A stretch of 64,000 nucleotides of DNA from Blastocladiella emersonii ATCC 22665 (lineage: Eukaryota > Fungi > Blastocladiomycota): NCBI GenBank assembly GCA_025594325.1, contig JANHCV010000001.1, positions 2,480,001 through 2,544,000 of the forward strand, given 5' to 3'. Under the pieces are notes generated by a model. It worked only from the letters and a program-made list of their open reading frames with translations, made no database searches and was not told where the DNA came from. The number at the start of each line of letters is the position of its first letter. Within the stretch, counting starts at the first letter, position 1. Below are positions 22,001 to 36,600 of the stretch, piece by piece. The position numbers were made by a program, and so were the translations under genes.

Positions 22001-23376
22001 GGCGAGGAGCGTGTCGAGCTGCGCCTGCGGGCTGGCCTCGTCGTAGCGCAAAAGTCGGATTGACCTGCCTCCCGCGGCCCGATAGCACACGAGCATGAGC
22101 GGGATCGGTGGAACGACGATGGGGCCGTCCGGCCGCGCATCGGCGAGTCCAGCAGCCGGAGCCACGAGCTCGACCGTCGACGCGGTCACAGCGAGTCGGG
22201 CAAAGGCGGGGTCCTCGACGGCGAGCTCGGCGAGGAGGTCCTTGGCGGCGCCGTCAATGACAGCGAACTTGTTGTCGGACGTCATGATGGCGACCGTGCC
22301 GCGCGAGCGCGGGCCAACCGTGGTGGGTGTCGGAGAGAAGGCGGCGACGTCGAGCACGGCCTCCATGTGGCGCAGCTGGATGAGGTGCGGCAAAGACCAG
22401 ATCGACATCCGCTGCTGGTCGTCGACAACGTAGAGCAGACGACCGTCGGCGGAGACCTGCGACTTGACGACGACGCGCGGCGCGGCGGTCGCGGACGCCG
22501 AGGTGAGCCACGACGCGCTGCGATGGAGCCGCGCGCGAACCATGGCGCGGTCGCGCAGCCAGAGGCTCACGGCGGGCTCGCCCGTCGAAAACGCAACAAT
22601 GGATGCCAGCGCCTTGCCGTCCTCGCCGACATGGCCAAAGCTTCGAGACGGCGGCGCGAGGGCAGAGGACGAGGTGAAGCACGGCGGCGGTACGTGGTTG
22701 CGGGAGCTCGCCGGAGCATGGCCGTTGCGGGGGAGCTGCAGCTGCTCCATGCGCACGGTCTTGCGGATCTCGGCGTCAATAGCCGGGAAGTCGGCCGTGG
22801 ACGAAGCTGCGGCGAAGGCGGCCAGCCGCAGGTGCGAGACGCGCAGGATCAGCTGCTCGCCGGTGACAATGAGCTCGTTGTCGTCGCTACGAGGCAGAAG
22901 CCGTGCGGGAGGGGGTGTATGCAACAAGCGGGATTCATAGTGAGCCATCGCCGTACGGGCCCATGGTAAGCGGCGGCGTCAGCGTACCCAGCGGCAGTGG
23001 CCGAGAACTCGAGTTTGACGATACGGAAGCCCGGGATCAGGGACCCGAGCTCGTAGCGGAGCAGGTACTCGCCCGACGGGACGTGGTAGAATGCGACTTT
23101 CCCGCCGGGGAACGCAGTCACAACAAAGTTGGAGCAGGGGGAGATGGCGACGCATGGTGGATCGTCTGGTCCAGAACTCGAGTGTGCAGCGCTGTCGGCG
23201 TCGGAGCACAGGGTGACGATGCCCTCGTGAGCGGACGCGAGCGGGACGAGGTGCACGGCATCCCCTGCGACGATGGCGGCGAGCTTGTCGGTGAAGACGC
23301 AGGCGAGGTGGCGCGGCGGCTCGGAGCACTCGATGCAAGCGAGCTCGCGCTGCTGGTAGAGTGAGCCGGCGGCCAT
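16093..23376 (-). CDS. KNTC1: Kinetochore-associated protein 1 / Rough deal (ROD, RZZ complex), about 5 exons
   Basis: N-terminal beta-propeller exon 23376-22988 (GSLYQQRELACI...CVAISPCSNFVVTAFPGGKVAFYHV). Then YDEASPQAQLDTLLAAHAWDDALALAEEHLLDAQLVWRAR and an alpha-solenoid. The C-terminal KLRALSIM...LVQTLWMKHHNNPLVLQVVCNLCVDYKLKD resembles the recalled ROD C-terminus (IKGLWKNHSHESMAVRLVTELCLEYKIYD). Confidence 0.8.
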
Positions 23377-24618
23377 GGGGACGGGCGGCCGAAGACGCAC
23401 GCGGAGGGCAGGCGGCGATCACGGGCGAGTCGTATACAGTGGAAGGTGGCCCGAGTCGCGCTGGGCGCGTTGCATGCAGTTGACGTCGGATTCGGTCCGT
23501 GATGGACTGCCGGCGCGGCATTGCTGGCGACGGAGAACGCTCGGCGGGACTCCGCCACCAAGGGAACTGCCGCCACCACCATCGCGACGTGACCGCGGCC
23601 CGTGACCCTCGGGACGCGTCTCTCCCTCCCTGCCTCGCGAACGTCTCTCCGCCGACGGGATCGGCGGCAATCCTGACGAGAGCCGACCAAACGTGCAACT
23701 GTGATGGAAGGTCCCGCCCTCAGGCCAACTCCGCAGTCTCGGGCCACCGCTACTTGAGCGCCCTCCGCGGCCGCGCTGCCGTGTTGTCGAGTACAGCAGC
23801 GCTGGTGGCCAGGACGGACTTGTGGAGAGCCCGTGCTGCACCTTTGGCTACGGCTCCAGCGGAGGCAGTTGAAGTGGACAAGCTTGATGGCGGAGGTTGC
23901 GTGCCGGATTGTGGAAAGCATGCAGGATGGCAAAAGTGGCGCTCAGGCTTGGTCGCTCGCAACCTCGGCCGACCTGCCCGCAGCCCTTCCTCTCTCCCCG
24001 TTCCCCGACCCGAGCTGTATTATACTCTAGACCATTCCCTCCCCGACTAGTTTGCTACCTGCGCCGTAGCATCCTCGTCTCCCTGCTGCCTCCGTCCGTC
24101 GCCTGCTCTTGCTGGTCGAGAACGCTCCTGCTGCCGCTACCGCCGCGCCGACGCTGTTCTCCCGCCCAGACGACTTGACCGAGCGCCAGCACTGGTCCTA
24201 GGCATCGAAACTCTATCCGCCTCGACTATCGTACGTCTGCACCACTTCTCGCTCGTTCGCTCGCTCAGGCCGGCGCGCTGGCCGGTGCGCCGCGCTCGTC
24301 GTCCGTCGCGAACGAGCTTCCGTCGAGCGCATCGACCAACAGCTGACGAACTTTGCCTTCCATTTCTGCTTCTCCTCATTTTCGTCGCGCTCTCGTTTTG
24401 GTGCTTGCTCGCTCGTTCGCGCTCGCTGTGGCTTTGCTCCTCGCCGTTTCGCTCACCTGGATCCCGCCGCCACCCAACTTCGCGACCGCGGCCACGCTAT
24501 TCTTGCTCTGCCCGCCGACCTCGGCCGTGATCCTCGCTGATCCAGTCTCTGCACCCTCTTCTTCTTCGCGTCAACACGACCGTCGCGACCTGTACAACAC
24601 ATCACCCAAGCTCAAATT

Positions 24619-27600
24619 ATGAGTACGTGTCGCAATGCGCGCGAAATCGACGGATGGCGTCGAACTGGACTGACCTTGGCCGCGTACCACCCGCCTACAG
24701 CTTCCACGGACCCCGAGTGCACCGAGACGTGCCAGGCGACGCCGCCGACCATCGACTGTCCGCCGCCCACCGAGGAGTGCCCCGCACCGCCCGCCGAGTG
24801 CGCTCCCTGCCCGCCGGCCGAGGACTGCCCCGCTCCTCCCGCCGAGTGCGCGCCCTGCCCGCCCTCCGACGAGTGCGCTCCCTGCCCGCCCGCCGAGGAG
24901 TGCCCGCCGGCAGACGAGTGCACCCCCTGCCCACCCGCCGACAAGTGTGCTCCGTGCCCGCCGGCCGACGAGTGCCCCGCTCCGCCGGCCGAGTGCGCTC
25001 CCTGCACGCCCGCCGAGGAGTGCGCTCCGTGCCCGCCCGCCGAGTGCATCGATACCTGCGAGGTCCCCGCCCCCGTCATCGCCGTGTGCCCGCCCTACTT
25101 CCCGCCGACCGACGAGACAGAGACGTGCCAAGAGCCCCCGGCTGGCTGGTCCACCGACGAGACCTGCACCGAGTCGGCCACGCTCGAGGAGCACGAGATA
25201 TCGGCCGAGACCGAGCTCACGACCCAGGTCATCGTCGAGGAGGCCGTCGTCAGCACTTACCTCACGGCCGACGGCCTCGTCGAAGTCGTCGAGGAGTCGA
25301 CCACCGACCAGGGCACGCTGGCGGTCGTCGACACGGTCGAGAACGTCGAGGCCGCCGAGGCGTGCTCCGCCAACGCGCGCGGCCACCAGACCGTCATCGT
25401 CGAGACCTCGGCCACCGAGGAGGTCCACGTCGAGGACTCGTTCGAAGAGTATATCGTCACGAGCGGCGCCAGCAGCGAGGCCGATGTCAGCAGCGGTCTC
25501 TCGGAGCAGTACGTCATCGTCGACGACAGCGCCGCCATCGTCTCGACGACGTCCGAGGAGCACCACTCGTCGGGCGCCACCGCCACCGTGGCTGCGGGCG
25601 CTGCGCTCGCCGTCGTTGCCGTGGGTGCGGCCATCACCGCCGCCGACGCGCTGCAGGTCATCAGCTCGACCGCGTCCGACTCGGGCATGTCGGTCCACTC
25701 GGACGCGACCAGCTACGGCGAGATCGAGCTCGGTCACGACACGTACACGCGCATCGAGTCGTCCAGCAGCACGACCGAGACCACCGTCGCCACCGCATCC
25801 AGCTGCGGGGTGGCCGAGCACCACGAGAAGGCCAACGCACTGCTCGACACGGCCATCGTGTCGACCGTGCAGGGCGAGCTTCTCGTCATGCCGACGCTCA
25901 CGCCGCTGCCGTCGTCGACGTCGACCACCACCACCGTCACCACCACCTCGACCTCGAGCTCCGCTCCCGTCGTCTCCTACACCGAACAGTCTGGTTCGAT
26001 CATCGATGTACGCTTTGCTTCGTGGAACCAAACGCTAAGTTCAGTTCACTGACCGCCCGCCCCACCTCGCCTACCAATGATAGGCCGCGGACGCCGGCAA
26101 GACCATCCACACCACGACCACCGTCGCCACCATTCCCGCTGCCTCGGCCGAGAACGTGTCGACGTCGACGTCCACCTCGACCAAGACGAGCACGGTCACG
26201 ACTCGCGTGCCGAAGGGCGAACCCATTGTTCCCGGCGTCACCGTCGAGAAATCCACGTCGACGCACTTCGACGGCCCGACCGAGGTCATCGTCGAGGTGA
26301 CAACCACCATCACGACCAAGGAGGACGGCAGCATCACCAAGAATGTTTCGACGCTGACGAAGCGCATCAACCGCATCATCACGTACCGCACCATCCCCGG
26401 CAAGTCCAGCTCCACCACGACGACCGCCGTCGTCAGCGAGCAGCCGATCGTCACCTCGTCGTCATCTTCCTCCTCCTCGTCCAGCACCACGTCGACCACG
26501 GTCAACCTGCACGGCGCCGGGTCCACAATTCCGCATTGTGTGATCGTGAGCGGCGAGATGGTTACGCACTCGTCGTCGATCGAGGGCAACGATACCGGTA
26601 AACTGGTCGAGTCCTCGTCGAGCACCCACGGCATCAACACCTCGTCTTCGAGTTCCACTGCCACCGAGTCCTCGTCGATCTGCGCTGGCGGGCACTCGGT
26701 CTCCGCAACGGAGTCGCACACCACGGTGTCCGCGGCGAGCGCCTCGGCAGCCGAGATCGCCCAGGCCTCGGACGACCTGTCCCAGGAGATTCTCAGCGTG
26801 CTCAGCTACGGTGGTTCGGGCTCGAGTGACTCGTTCGAGCTCGCGGAAGTCCACGTCACGTCCTCGATCATCGTCGCGGATGACGCTGCCGCCGCCACGG
26901 TCGTCGAGACCACCGAGACCACCGAGACCACCGAGACCACCGAGACCACCGAGGTCGTTTCGGAGGCCGTTTCCGAGCAGGTCGAGGTCCAGATCGTCGC
27001 CGAGTCGTCGACCGAGATCGTGTCCGAGGCCACCGAGACCCACGCCGAGTGCTCTTCGGCCGTTTCGGAGGTGGAAATCACCACCGAGACCACCGCCACG
27101 GCCACCGAGTCGACCGAGATCGTTTCGGAGGTCGTTTCGGAGCAGACCATTGCCACCGAGTCGACCGAGATCGTTTCGGAGGTCGTTTCGGAGCAGACCA
27201 TTGCCGTCGAGTCGACCGAGGTCGTTTCGGAGCAGGTCCAGGTCGAGATCGTTGCCGAGTGCACCGAGGCCTCCTCCTCGTCGTCGTCGTCGACCATTGA
27301 GACGACCGAGACCACCCAGATCGTCGAGACGACCGAGACGACCGAGACGACCGAGACCACCGCCTCGTACACCGAGTCGACCGAGATCGCCGTTTCGGAG
27401 CAGATCACCGCCGTCGAGTCCACCGAGATCGTTTCGGAGGTCGTGTCGGAGGCGTCCGAGGTCCAGATCGTTGCCGAGTGCACCGAGTCGTCGTCGTCGT
27501 CGTCGTCGACCATTGAGACGACCGAGACCGCGGCCGAGCTCGTTTCGGAGCAGATCATTGCCGTCGAGACGGCCGAGGTCGTTTCGGAGGTGTCCGAGCA

Positions 27601-30600
27601 GGTCGAGATCGTCGCCGAGTGCACCGAGGCCTCCTCCTCGTCGTCGTCTTCGACCATTGAGACGACCGAGATCACCACCGAGACCACCGAGACCACCACC
27701 ACGACGGTCGTCGAGTCCACGGCCGCCGCCGCCGAGCTCGAGTTCGAGTCGTCTTCCTCGTCCTCGATCCACTCGCACACCACCACGGCCGCGGTTGGCG
27801 TCGCCGCTGCTGCTGCTGCCGCCGCGATCGCTGCCGGCTCCATTGCCGCTGCGGTCATTGCCCACGGCCACCACGACGATGCTGCTTCGTCGTCGTCCGA
27901 CGAGGAGGAGCACGAGCACCACCACGCGACCACCACCATCGCCGCCGAGTGCTCCTCGTCCGAGACGGTCGAGTCCACGTTCGAGACGACTGAGACGACC
28001 GAGACCACCACCACCACGGTCGTCGAGACCACCGAGACCACCGAGACCACCGAGACCACCGAGACCACCGAGACCACCGAGACCACCGAGACCACCGAGA
28101 CCACCGAGACCACCGAGGTCGTTTCGGAGGCCGTTTCCGAGCAGGTCGAGGTCCAGATCGTCGCCGAGTCGTCGACCGAGATCGTGTCCGAGGCCACCGA
28201 GACCCACGCCGAGTGCTCTTCGGCCGTTTCGGAGGTGGAAATCACCACCGAGACCACCGCCACGGCCACCGAGTCGACCGAGATCGTTTCGGAGGTCGTT
28301 TCGGAGCAGACCATTGCCACCGAGTCGACCGAGATCGTTTCGGAGGTCGTTTCGGAGCAGACCATTGCCGTCGAGTCGACCGAGGTCGTTTCGGAGCAGG
28401 TCCAGGTCGAGATCGTTGCCGAGTGCACCGAGGCCTCCTCCTCGTCGTCGTCGTCGACCATTGAGACGACCGAGACCACCCAGATCGTCGAGACGACCGA
28501 GACGACCGAGACGACCGAGACCACCGCCTCGTACACCGAGTCGACCGAGATCGCCGTTTCGGAGCAGATCACCGCCGTCGAGTCCACCGAGATCGTTTCG
28601 GAGGTCGTGTCGGAGGCGTCCGAGGTCCAGATCGTTGCCGAGTGCACCGAGTCGTCGTCGTCGTCGTCGACCATTGAGACGACCGAGACCACGGCCGAGC
28701 TCGTTTCGGAGCAGATCATTGCCGTCGAGACGGCCGAGGTCGTTTCGGAGGTGTCCGAGCAGGTCGAGATCGTCGCCGAGTGCACCGAGGCCTCCTCCTC
28801 GTCGTCGTCTTCGACCATTGAGACGACCGAGATCACCACCGAGACCACCGAGACCACCACCACGACGGTCGTCGAGTCCACGGCCGCCGCCGCCGAGCTC
28901 GAGTTCGAGTCGTCTTCCTCGTCCTCGATCCACTCGCACACCACCACGGCCGCGGTTGGCGTCGCCGCTGCTGCTGCTGCCGCCGCGATCGCTGCCGGCT
29001 CCATTGCCGCTGCGGTCATTGCCCACGGCCACCACGACGATGCTGCTTCGTCGTCGTCCGACGAGGAGGAGCACGAGCACCACCACGCGACCACCACCAT
29101 CGCCGCCGAGTGCTCCTCGTCCGAGACGGTCGAGTCCACGTTCGAGACGACTGAGACGACCGAGACCACCACCACCACGGTCGTCGAGACCACCGAGACC
29201 ACCGAGACCACCGAGACCACCGAGACCACCGAGACCACCGAGACCACCGAGGTCGTTTCGGAGGCCGTTTCCGAGCAGGTCGAGGTCCAGATCGTCGCCG
29301 AGTCGTCGACCGAGATCGTGTCCGAGGCCACCGAGACCCACGCCGAGTGCTCTTCGGCCGTTTCGGAGGTGGAAATCACCACCGAGACCACCGCCACGGC
29401 CACCGAGTCGACCGAGATCGTTTCGGAGGTCGTTTCGGAGCAGACCATTGCCACCGAGTCGACCGAGATCGTTTCGGAGGTCGTTTCGGAGCAGACCATT
29501 GCCGTCGAGTCGACCGAGGTCGTTTCGGAGCAGGTCCAGGTCGAGATCGTTGCCGAGTGCACCGAGGCCTCCTCCTCGTCGTCGTCGTCGACCATTGAGA
29601 CGACCGAGACCACCCAGATCGTCGAGACGACCGAGACGACCGAGACGACCGAGACCACCGCCTCGTACACCGAGTCGACCGAGATCGCCGTTTCGGAGCA
29701 GATCACCGCCGTCGAGTCCACCGAGATCGTTTCGGAGGTCGTGTCGGAGGCGTCCGAGGTCCAGATCGTTGCCGAGTGCACCGAGTCGTCGTCGTCGTCG
29801 TCGACCATTGAGACGACCGAGACCACGGCCGAGCTCGTTTCGGAGCAGATCATTGCCGTCGAGACGGCCGAGGTCGTTTCGGAGGTGTCCGAGCAGGTCG
29901 AGATCGTCGCCGAGTGCACCGAGGCCTCCTCCTCGTCGTCGTCTTCGACCATTGAGACGACCGAGATCACCACCGAGACCACCGAGACCACCACCACGAC
30001 GGTCGTCGAGTCCACGGCCGCCGCCGCCGAGCTCGAGTTCGAGTCGTCTTCCTCGTCCTCGATCCACTCGCACACCACCACGGCCGCGGTTGGCGTCGCC
30101 GCTGCTGCTGCTGCCGCCGCGATCGCTGCCGGCTCCATTGCCGCTGCGGTCATTGCCCACGGCCACCACGACGATGCTGCTTCGTCGTCGTCCGACGAGG
30201 AGGAGCACGAGCACCACCACGCGACCACCACCATCGCCGCCGAGTGCTCCTCGTCCGAGACGGTCGAGTCCACGTTCGAGACGACTGAGACGACCGAGAC
30301 CACCACCACCACGGTCGTCGAGACCACCGAGACCACCGAGACCACCGAGACCACCGAGACCACCGAGACCACCGAGACCACCGAGACCACCGAGACCACC
30401 GAGACCACCGAGGTCGTTTCGGAGGCCGTTTCCGAGCAGGTCGAGGTCCAGATCGTCGCCGAGTCGTCGACCGAGATCGTGTCCGAGGCCACCGAGACCC
30501 ACGCCGAGTGCTCTTCGGCCGTTTCGGAGGTGGAAATCACCACCGAGACCACCGCCACGGCCACCGAGTCGACCGAGATCGTTTCGGAGGTCGTTTCGGA

Positions 30601-33600
30601 GCAGACCATTGCCACCGAGTCGACCGAGATCGTTTCGGAGGTCGTTTCGGAGCAGACCATTGCCGTCGAGTCGACCGAGGTCGTTTCGGAGCAGGTCCAG
30701 GTCGAGATCGTTGCCGAGTGCACCGAGGCCTCCTCCTCGTCGTCGTCGTCGACCATTGAGACGACCGAGACCACCCAGATCGTCGAGACGACCGAGACGA
30801 CCGAGACGACCGAGACCACCGCCTCGTACACCGAGTCGACCGAGATCGCCGTTTCGGAGCAGATCACCGCCGTCGAGTCCACCGAGATCGTTTCGGAGGT
30901 CGTGTCGGAGGCGTCCGAGGTCCAGATCGTTGCCGAGTGCACCGAGTCGTCGTCGTCGTCGTCGTCGACCATTGAGACGACCGAGACCGCGGCCGAGCTC
31001 GTTTCGGAGCAGATCATTGCCGTCGAGACGGCCGAGGTCGTTTCGGAGGTGTCCGAGCAGGTCGAGATCGTCGCCGAGTGCACCGAGGCCTCCTCCTCGT
31101 CGTCGTCTTCGACCATTGAGACGACCGAGATCACCACCGAGACCACCGAGACCACCACCACGACGGTCGTCGAGTCCACGGCCGCCGCCGCCGAGCTCGA
31201 GTTCGAGTCGTCTTCCTCGTCCTCGATCCACTCGCACACCACCACGGCCGCGGTTGGCGTCGCCGCTGCTGCTGCTGCCGCCGCGATCGCTGCCGGCTCC
31301 ATTGCCGCTGCGGTCATTGCCCACGGCCACCACGACGATGCTGCTTCGTCGTCGTCCGACGAGGAGGAGCACGAGCACCACCACGCGACCACCACCATCG
31401 CCGCCGAGTGCTCCTCGTCCGAGACGGTCGAGTCCACGTTCGAGACGACTGAGACGACCGAGACCACCACCACCACGGTCGTCGAGACCACCGAGACCAC
31501 CGAGACCACCGAGACCACCGAGACCACCGAGACCACCGAGACCACCGAGACCACCGAGACCACCGAGACCACCGAGGTCGTTTCGGAGGCCGTTTCCGAG
31601 CAGGTCGAGGTCCAGATCGTCGCCGAGTCGTCGACCGAGATCGTGTCCGAGGCCACCGAGACCCACGCCGAGTGCTCTTCGGCCGTTTCGGAGGTGGAAA
31701 TCACCACCGAGACCACCGCCACGGCCACCGAGTCGACCGAGATCGTTTCGGAGGTCGTTTCGGAGCAGACCATTGCCACCGAGTCGACCGAGATCGTTTC
31801 GGAGGTCGTTTCGGAGCAGACCATTGCCGTCGAGTCGACCGAGGTCGTTTCGGAGCAGGTCCAGGTCGAGATCGTTGCCGAGTGCACCGAGGCCTCCTCC
31901 TCGTCGTCGTCGTCGACCATTGAGACGACCGAGACCACCCAGATCGTCGAGACGACCGAGACGACCGAGACGACCGAGACCACCGCCTCGTACACCGAGT
32001 CGACCGAGATCGCCGTTTCGGAGCAGATCACCGCCGTCGAGTCCACCGAGATCGTTTCGGAGGTCGTGTCGGAGGCGTCCGAGGTCCAGATCGTTGCCGA
32101 GTGCACCGAGTCGTCGTCGTCGTCGTCGACCATTGAGACGACCGAGACCACGGCCGAGCTCGTTTCGGAGCAGATCATTGCCGTCGAGACGGCCGAGGTC
32201 GTTTCGGAGGTGTCCGAGCAGGTCGAGATCGTCGCCGAGTGCACCGAGGCCTCCTCCTCGTCGTCGTCTTCGACCATTGAGACGACCGAGATCACCACCG
32301 AGACCACCGAGACCACCACCACGACGGTCGTCGAGTCCACGGCCGCCGCCGCCGAGCTCGAGTTCGAGTCGTCTTCCTCGTCCTCGATCCACTCGCACAC
32401 CACCACGGCCGCGGTTGGCGTCGCCGCTGCTGCTGCTGCCGCCGCGATCGCTGCCGGCTCCATTGCCGCTGCGGTCATTGCCCACGGCCACCACGACGAT
32501 GCTGCTTCGTCGTCGTCCGACGAGGAGGAGCACGAGCACCACCACGCGACCACCACCATCGCCGCCGAGTGCTCCTCGTCCGAGACGGTCGAGTCCACGT
32601 TCGAGACGACTGAGACGACCGAGACCACCACCACCACGGTCGTCGAGACCACCGAGACCACCGAGACCACCGAGACCACCGAGACCACCGAGACCACCGA
32701 GACCACCGAGACCACCGAGACCACCGAGACCACCGAGGTCGTTTCGGAGGCCGTTTCCGAGCAGGTCGAGGTCCAGATCGTCGCCGAGTCGTCGACCGAG
32801 ATCGTGTCCGAGGCCACCGAGACCCACGCCGAGTGCTCTTCGGCCGTTTCGGAGGTGGAAATCACCACCGAGACCACCGCCACGGCCACCGAGTCGACCG
32901 AGATCGTTTCGGAGGTCGTTTCGGAGCAGACCATTGCCACCGAGTCGACCGAGATCGTTTCGGAGGTCGTTTCGGAGCAGACCATTGCCGTCGAGTCGAC
33001 CGAGGTCGTTTCGGAGCAGGTCCAGGTCGAGATCGTTGCCGAGTGCACCGAGGCCTCCTCCTCGTCGTCGTCGTCGACCATTGAGACGACCGAGACCACC
33101 CAGATCGTCGAGACGACCGAGACGACCGAGACGACCGAGACCACCGCCTCGTACACCGAGTCGACCGAGATCGCCGTTTCGGAGCAGATCACCGCCGTCG
33201 AGTCCACCGAGATCGTTTCGGAGGTCGTGTCGGAGGCGTCCGAGGTCCAGATCGTTGCCGAGTGCACCGAGTCGTCGTCGTCGTCGTCGACCATTGAGAC
33301 GACCGAGACCACGGCCGAGCTCGTTTCGGAGCAGATCATTGCCGTCGAGACGGCCGAGGTCGTTTCGGAGGTGTCCGAGCAGGTCGAGATCGTCGCCGAG
33401 TGCACCGAGGCCTCCTCCTCGTCGTCGTCTTCGACCATTGAGACGACCGAGATCACCACCGAGACCACCGAGACCACCACCACGACGGTCGTCGAGTCCA
33501 CGGCCGCCGCCGCCGAGCTCGAGTTCGAGTCGTCTTCCTCGTCCTCGATCCACTCGCACACCACCACGGCCGCGGTTGGCGTCGCCGCTGCTGCTGCTGC

Positions 33601-36600
33601 CGCCGCGATCGCTGCCGGCTCCATTGCCGCTGCGGTCATTGCCCACGGCCACCACGACGATGCTGCTTCGTCGTCGTCCGACGAGGAGGAGCACGAGCAC
33701 CACCACGCGACCACCACCATCGCCGCCGAGTGCTCCTCGTCCGAGACGGTCGAGTCCACGTTCGAGACGACTGAGACGACCGAGACCACCACCACCACGG
33801 TCGTCGAGACCACCGAGACCACCGAGACCACCGAGACCACCGAGACCACCGAGACCACCGAGACCACCGAGACCACCGAGACCACCGAGACCACCGAGGT
33901 CGTTTCGGAGGCCGTTTCCGAGCAGGTCGAGGTCCAGATCGTCGCCGAGTCGTCGACCGAGATCGTGTCCGAGGCCACCGAGACCCACGCCGAGTGCTCT
34001 TCGGCCGTTTCGGAGGTGGAAATCACCACCGAGACCACCGCCACGGCCACCGAGTCGACCGAGATCGTTTCGGAGGTCGTTTCGGAGCAGACCATTGCCA
34101 CCGAGTCGACCGAGATCGTTTCGGAGGTCGTTTCGGAGCAGACCATTGCCGTCGAGTCGACCGAGGTCGTTTCGGAGCAGGTCCAGGTCGAGATCGTTGC
34201 CGAGTGCACCGAGGCCTCCTCCTCGTCGTCGTCGTCGACCATTGAGACGACCGAGACCACCCAGATCGTCGAGACGACCGAGACGACCGAGACGACCGAG
34301 ACCACCGCCTCGTACACCGAGTCGACCGAGATCGCCGTTTCGGAGCAGATCACCGCCGTCGAGTCCACCGAGATCGTTTCGGAGGTCGTGTCGGAGGCGT
34401 CCGAGGTCCAGATCGTTGCCGAGTGCACCGAGTCGTCGTCGTCGTCGTCGACCATTGAGACGACCGAGACCACGGCCGAGCTCGTTTCGGAGCAGATCAT
34501 TGCCGTCGAGACGGCCGAGGTCGTTTCGGAGGTGTCCGAGCAGGTCGAGATCGTCGCCGAGTGCACCGAGGCCTCCTCCTCGTCGTCGTCTTCGACCATT
34601 GAGACGACCGAGATCACCACCGAGACCACCGAGACCACCACCACGACGGTCGTCGAGTCCACGGCCGCCGCCGCCGAGCTCGAGTTCGAGTCGTCTTCCT
34701 CGTCCTCGATCCACTCGCACACCACCACGGCCGCGGTTGGCGTCGCCGCTGCTGCTGCTGCCGCCGCGATCGCTGCCGGCTCCATTGCCGCTGCGGTCAT
34801 TGCCCACGGCCACCACGACGATGCTGCTTCGTCGTCGTCCGACGAGGAGGAGCACGAGCACCACCACGCGACCACCACCATCGCCGCCGAGTGCTCCTCG
34901 TCCGAGACGGTCGAGTCCACGTTCGAGACGACTGAGACGACCGAGACCACCACCACCACGGTCGTCGAGACCACCGAGACCACCGAGACCACCGAGACCA
35001 CCGAGACCACCGAGACCACCGAGACCACCGAGACCACCGAGACCACCGAGACCACCGAGGTCGTTTCGGAGGCCGTTTCCGAGCAGGTCGAGGTCCAGAT
35101 CGTCGCCGAGTCGTCGACCGAGATCGTGTCCGAGGCCACCGAGACCCACGCCGAGTGCTCTTCGGCCGTTTCGGAGGTGGAAATCACCACCGAGACCACC
35201 GCCACGGCCACCGAGTCGACCGAGATCGTTTCGGAGGTCGTTTCGGAGCAGACCATTGCCACCGAGTCGACCGAGATCGTTTCGGAGGTCGTTTCGGAGC
35301 AGACCATTGCCGTCGAGTCGACCGAGGTCGTTTCGGAGCAGGTCCAGGTCGAGATCGTTGCCGAGTGCACCGAGGCCTCCTCCTCGTCGTCGTCGTCGAC
35401 CATTGAGACGACCGAGACCACCCAGATCGTCGAGACGACCGAGACGACCGAGACGACCGAGACCACCGCCTCGTACACCGAGTCGACCGAGATCGCCGTT
35501 TCGGAGCAGATCACCGCCGTCGAGTCCACCGAGATCGTTTCGGAGGTCGTGTCGGAGGCGTCCGAGGTCCAGATCGTTGCCGAGTGCACCGAGTCGTCGT
35601 CGTCGTCGTCGACCATTGAGACGACCGAGACCACGGCCGAGCTCGTTTCGGAGCAGATCATTGCCGTCGAGACGGCCGAGGTCGTTTCGGAGGTGTCCGA
35701 GCAGGTCGAGATCGTCGCCGAGTGCACCGAGGCCTCCTCCTCGTCGTCGTCTTCGACCATTGAGACGACCGAGATCACCACCGAGACCACCGAGACCACC
35801 ACCACGACGGTCGTCGAGTCCACGGCCGCCGCCGCCGAGCTCGAGTTCGAGTCGTCTTCCTCGTCCTCGATCCACTCGCACACCACCACGGCCGCGGTTG
35901 GCGTCGCCGCTGCTGCTGCTGCCGCCGCGATCGCTGCCGGCTCCATTGCCGCTGCGGTCATTGCCCACGGCCACCACGACGATGCTGCTTCGTCGTCGTC
36001 CGACGAGGAGGAGCACGAGCACCACCACGCGACCACCACCATCGCCGCCGAGTGCTCCTCGTCCGAGACGGTCGAGTCCACGTTCGAGACGACTGAGACG
36101 ACCGAGACCACCACCACCACGGTCGTCGAGACCACCGAGACCACCGAGACCACCGAGACCACCGAGACCACCGAGACCACCGAGACCACCGAGACCACCG
36201 AGACCACCGAGACCACCGAGGTCGTTTCGGAGGCCGTTTCCGAGCAGGTCGAGGTCCAGATCGTCGCCGAGTCGTCGACCGAGATCGTGTCCGAGGCCAC
36301 CGAGACCCACGCCGAGTGCTCTTCGGCCGTTTCGGAGGTGGAAATCACCACCGAGACCACCGCCACGGCCACCGAGTCGACCGAGATCGTTTCGGAGGTC
36401 GTTTCGGAGCAGACCATTGCCACCGAGTCGACCGAGATCGTTTCGGAGGTCGTTTCGGAGCAGACCATTGCCGTCGAGTCGACCGAGGTCGTTTCGGAGC
36501 AGGTCCAGGTCGAGATCGTTGCCGAGTGCACCGAGGCCTCCTCCTCGTCGTCGTCGTCGACCATTGAGACGACCGAGACCACCCAGATCGTCGAGACGAC

